Positions 61,587 through 64,000 of a DNA stretch of 64,000 nt are shown one piece after another; position 1 is the first letter of the stretch, and every line of letters starts with the position of its first letter. The stretch is from IMG/VR virus record IMGVR_UViG_3300042876_000344; one strand, 5' to 3'. Source of the DNA: a virus. A program made the position numbers and the translations under genes. Below the pieces are notes generated by a model. The model was not told where the DNA came from. It made no database searches and worked only from the letters and a program-made list of their open reading frames with translations.

Positions 61587-61721
61587 GTGAAGAAGATTCA
61601 GACGTTCGTGACCGATAAAGGGTTCGCCAAGCTGAAGGCGCTGGCGAAGCGGCATGGGGTTTCCATGGGGCGGATTATCGACAGGTTGCTGGAGAAGCTG
61701 GAGGTTCCGGAGCCGAAATGA
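61587..61721 (+). CDS. ribbon-helix-helix (CopG/Arc-like) 44-aa protein
   Basis: GTG 61587, 8 nt after the int stop. KKIQTFVTDKGFAKLKALAKRHGVSMGRIIDRLLEKL is a strand-helix-helix pattern. Confidence 0.55.
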   Translation: MKKIQTFVTDKGFAKLKALAKRHGVSMGRIIDRLLEKLEVPEPK

Positions 61722-61801
61722 GAGCCATTATTGATTCGATTCTCATCATCGCGGCAGCCTGGCTGATCGTGTATTTGTTCACGCCGACGAGGGGGGACTG
61801 A
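61718..61801 (+). CDS. 27-aa membrane peptide
   Basis: ATGA coupling. MRAIIDSILIIAAAWLIVYLFTPTRGD*. Confidence 0.4.
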   Translation: MRAIIDSILIIAAAWLIVYLFTPTRGD

Positions 61802-61932
61802 TGCGGGTTTATCAGGACAACGAAGGACCAGTCTACATCGAGGACCGAATGAGAACACTGCGTGTAATTCGTATTGTTCTGGCTGCTGAACTGATCGCGC
61901 TGGTTGCGCTGATCGCGTGGTGTTTCCGATGA
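61801..61932 (+). CDS. 43-aa C-terminally anchored membrane peptide
   Basis: TGATG coupling. MRVYQDNEGPVYIEDRMRTLRVIRIVLAAELIALVALIAWCFR*. Confidence 0.4.
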   Translation: MRVYQDNEGPVYIEDRMRTLRVIRIVLAAELIALVALIAWCFR

Positions 61933-62072
61933 TCGCCTGGGGCGAAGGTCGCCGGCCGCGTCCGCAGTCGATGGAGGAGCGGCTCCGGCGCACGCTCCTG
62001 TGGATGACGGCGATTGCCGTGCTGCTGGCTGCGGCGGTAGCGGGTTTGTTGGTTTCCTTGATCCGAGGATGA
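61929..62072 (+). CDS. 47-aa C-terminally anchored membrane peptide
   Basis: ATGA coupling. MIAWGEGRRPRPQSMEERLRRTLLWMTAIAVLLAAAVAGLLVSLIRG*. Confidence 0.4.
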   Translation: MIAWGEGRRPRPQSMEERLRRTLLWMTAIAVLLAAAVAGLLVSLIRG

Positions 62073-62083
62073 ATGCAGGATTG

Positions 62084-62114
62084 GGGGCTGGATGAGGACG
62101 GCTCCCGTTTTTTC
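62084..62114 (+). terminator. probable intrinsic terminator
   Basis: GGGGGC (62084-62089) / GCTCCC (62101-62106) stem with one G.U pair, 11-nt loop, then GTTTTTTC. Confidence 0.45.
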
Positions 62115-62130
62115 ATTTGAAGGGAGAATT

Positions 62131-62334
62131 ATGCAAGGTTTTGACTGGGCACTGCAACAGATGCAGGCTCACGCGATTGTCCGCCGCCAGGCCTGGGCCG
62201 AGAAGGGCATGGTGGTTTTGCTGGTCTCATTTGGCGGCGAGTTGCGCCTGTGCAAGAAGCTGAAGACCGGGAGCATCGGTATCTGGGCAGCCACGCAGGA
62301 TGACCTGCTGGCGCAGGACTGGGAGGCAGTGTGA
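62131..62334 (+). CDS. DUF2829 / Tad2-like small protein
   Basis: ATG 62131 with AGGGAG 5 nt upstream. MQGFDWALQQMQAHAIVRRQAWAEKGMVV...GIWAATQDDLLAQDWEAV fits F.WAL..(n)..R..W..G and the C-terminal W...Q.DLLA.DWE.V signature. The middle is shorter than usual. Confidence 0.55.
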   Translation: MQGFDWALQQMQAHAIVRRQAWAEKGMVVLLVSFGGELRLCKKLKTGSIGIWAATQDDLLAQDWEAV

Positions 62335-62573
62335 GGATTGACCTCTCTCCCGAGCGCAGCACCGCGCTGAAGTTCTTCGCCCACGAGGGCGGCATCACCA
62401 CGCTGGGGTTCTCGAATGCGGAGTACGATTACGAGGACCCCGAGGGGGTGCACTTCGAGAACCTAAAGGCAGCCGAGAGGCCGACGAGTTATTTCAAGAC
62501 CGGCGCGATGGGCCCGCATGTGGGGAAGCGGCCGGTGGAGAAAAAAGGAGAGAAGGATGCGAAAGAAGAGTAA
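62331..62573 (+). CDS. hypothetical protein with Lys/Glu-rich tail
   Basis: GTG 62331 (GTGA coupling). Track ORF. Confidence 0.5.
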   Translation: MRIDLSPERSTALKFFAHEGGITTLGFSNAEYDYEDPEGVHFENLKAAERPTSYFKTGAMGPHVGKRPVEKKGEKDAKEE

Positions 62574-62850
62574 CTACAAGATCGTCCGCACCTACAGCGC
62601 GGGCGTATTCGCGGGGGAGGTTCTCTCGCGCAACGGGAAAGAGGTGGAGATGGCCAACGCCCGCCGCCTCTGGTATTGGAGTGGGGCTGCGAGCCTCAGC
62701 GAGTTGGCAATGAGCGGCACGAAAGACCCGAAGAACTGCAAATTCCCCACTGCGGTTGGCCGGGTGGTACTGACGGAAGCGATCGAGATTTTGGATGTTA
62801 CGGCTGAAGCGCAAGCATCCATCGAGGCTGTCCCGGTATGGCGCGCGTAG
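62557..62850 (+). CDS. conserved phage small protein (ARRLWYWSGAASLSELA motif)
   Basis: ATG 62557 after AAAGGAGAGAAGG. KIVRTYSAGVFAGEV..GKEVEMANARRLWYWSGAASLSELA..G...P.NCKF...V..V.LTEAIEILDVT. The pattern is familiar from many phages; function unknown to me. Confidence 0.6.
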   Translation: MRKKSNYKIVRTYSAGVFAGEVLSRNGKEVEMANARRLWYWSGAASLSELAMSGTKDPKNCKFPTAVGRVVLTEAIEILDVTAEAQASIEAVPVWRA

Positions 62851-63263
62851 GCTCCGGCTACGGCTCCGGCGACGGCTCCGGCTACGGCTCCGGCTCCGGC
62901 TACGGCTACGGCTCCGGCTCCGGCTACGGCGACGGCTCCGGCTACGGCTACGGCGACGGCTACGGCGACGGCTCCGGCTACGGCTACGGCGACGGCTCCG
63001 GCTACGGCTACGGCTACGGCTCCGGCGACGGCTCCGGCTCCGGCTCCGGCTACGGCGACGGCTACGGCTCCGGCGACGGCTCCGGCTACGGCTACGGCTA
63101 CGGCTCCGGCTACGGCTCCGGCGACGGCTACGGCGACGGCTCCGGCTACGGCTCCGGCTACGGCTACGGCGACGGCTCCGGCGACGGCTCCGGCGACGGC
63201 TCCGGCTACGGCGACGGCTCCGGCGACGGCTCCGGCTCCGGCTACGGCTACGGCTCCGGCTAA
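62838..63263 (+). CDS. perfect (Gly-X)n repeat protein, X = Ser/Tyr/Asp
   Basis: ATG 62838 (MARV) sits at the repeat start and TAA 63261 falls exactly at the repeat end. 137 residues of strict G-X alternation. Confidence 0.55.
   Translation: MARVGSGYGSGDGSGYGSGSGYGYGSGSGYGDGSGYGYGDGYGDGSGYGYGDGSGYGYGYGSGDGSGSGSGYGDGYGSGDGSGYGYGYGSGYGSGDGYGDGSGYGSGYGYGDGSGDGSGDGSGYGDGSGDGSGSGYGYGSG
62850..63260. repeat. 411-nt cryptically simple hexanucleotide repeat (GGCTCC / GGCTAC / GGCGAC)
   Basis: Read directly. Only these three hexamers occur, in non-periodic order, and all six frames are open. Confidence 0.95.
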
Positions 63264-63373
63264 TCCAAGCCAAACAATTTCGCTGGGCGCCAACGAGGCA
63301 ACAACTTAGGCGTTCCGTGCGGAGGAGCCGGTGCACCTGAGAACTGGCCGGCTCCAGAAACGAAGGGGAGACT

Positions 63374-63559
63374 ATGCCAGCAGGACGGCCCCCGGTCTAT
63401 CCGGGGATAGCAAAAAAGATGAAGAAGGGCGAGCAGGTGATCGTGCCCTCAAAGGCAATCGACTTGTCATCGCACACGTTATGCAAGGAGCTGCGGAAGC
63501 TGGGGCGAACACCCCAATTCAAGCGGCTGCGCGGGAAGGCGGCTATCTGGTGGGTGTAG
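63374..63559 (+). CDS. hypothetical basic small protein
   Basis: Track ORF. MPAGRPPVYPGIAKKMKKGEQ. Confidence 0.5.
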   Translation: MPAGRPPVYPGIAKKMKKGEQVIVPSKAIDLSSHTLCKELRKLGRTPQFKRLRGKAAIWWV

Positions 63560-64000
63560 CCCTAACGCGCGACGAGAGCCACGTCTACCGGCTGGGCGCC
63601 GAGGTCCTGCCGAGCATCACGCAGGTGCTGCAGGACGTCGGCATTGTCGACTACGGATTCCTGGCTCCGGAGGAGCGCGATGCCGCGATGGCGAAGGGGC
63701 GTCTGATTCACCTCCAGACGGAGTTGGATGATCGCGGAGCCCTGGATGAATCCCTGGCTGACATGGGATACGTGGATGGGTGGCGGGCGTTCAGACGCGA
63801 TTACGAGTTCACGCCGGCGCACAGGGAGAAGATGGTTTACCATCCGGTGTTCTTCTATGCTGGGACACCAGACGCAGTGAACGCCGACACGGTGGTGGAA
63901 ATCAAAACCGGAGTGCCTCAGTCGTGGGTGAAGTACCAGCTTGCAGCCCAAGCCATGCTTTGCAACGTGCGGCGGCGGGTGTGTGTCGAGTTGCCAGGGA
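63550..64000 (+). CDS. PD-(D/E)XK (Cas4/RecB-like) nuclease, 3' end truncated by window edge
   Basis: The frame is open to nt 64000 and is not in the track because it has no stop. HVYRLGAEVLPSITQVL, GRLIHLQTE, YAGTPDAV..DTVVEIKTG (D..E.K), YQLAAQA. Start GTG 63550 or ATG 63481. Confidence 0.55.
   Translation, partial: MGVALTRDESHVYRLGAEVLPSITQVLQDVGIVDYGFLAPEERDAAMAKGRLIHLQTELDDRGALDESLADMGYVDGWRAFRRDYEFTPAHREKMVYHPVFFYAGTPDAVNADTVVEIKTGVPQSWVKYQLAAQAMLCNVRRRVCVELPG

Noticed and set aside
62494-63340. RS-rich (280 aa, -), AV/AG-rich (233 aa, -) and RL-rich (181 aa, +) ORFs over the hexanucleotide repeat
   Set aside because: All six frames are open simply because the repeat lacks stop triplets. 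Only the Gly-X frame has an ATG at the repeat start and a stop exactly at its end. The other frames extend arbitrarily into the flanks. This is not fully excluded without translation data.

Overview
The window is one continuous, tightly packed stretch of a GC-rich temperate tailed-phage (probably prophage) genome. Late-gene order is podovirus/P22-like. I saw no rRNA, tRNA or CRISPR array. There are three transcription blocks. (i) 1-7763, + strand: small accessory/early genes. These include a DUF5131-type three-Cys protein, a visibly more A/T-rich module with its own promoter, and an intact ISL3-family transposase. (ii) 7636-46996, - strand: a ~39 kb late operon. In transcription order it holds TerL, three fibre/spike-like genes, an antisense HNH homing endonuclease, portal, scaffold, major capsid, head-tail/tail genes and internal/ejection proteins. 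One ejection protein is a 1987-aa polyvalent protein (2H phosphoesterase + ParB-like domains) that carries a self-contained nested gene in the +1 frame. The operon ends with an amidase endolysin and lysis-type genes, then seven consecutive fibre/depolymerase-like genes that all start with Sec-type signal peptides. (iii) 47030-64000, + strand: a leaderless-type promoter, VRR-NUC nuclease, SF2 helicase, a 7-member family of paralogous ~65-85 aa proteins and many Cys-rich mini-proteins. It continues with an Xis-like HTH, a prim-pol/D5-type primase-helicase followed by an iteron-rich putative origin, and a divergent HTH gene. Its last part holds a tyrosine integrase with an RHH gene and three mini-membrane ORFs, a DUF2829/Tad2-like ORF, a 137-residue perfect (Gly-X)n repeat protein and a 3'-truncated PD-(D/E)XK nuclease. 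The ORF track uses ATG/GTG/TTG and the longest ORF, so many starts were re-chosen at ATGA/GTGA start-stop overlaps or Shine-Dalgarno sites. All family names come from motif recognition by eye. No database or HMM search was run, so product names below motif level are hypotheses.
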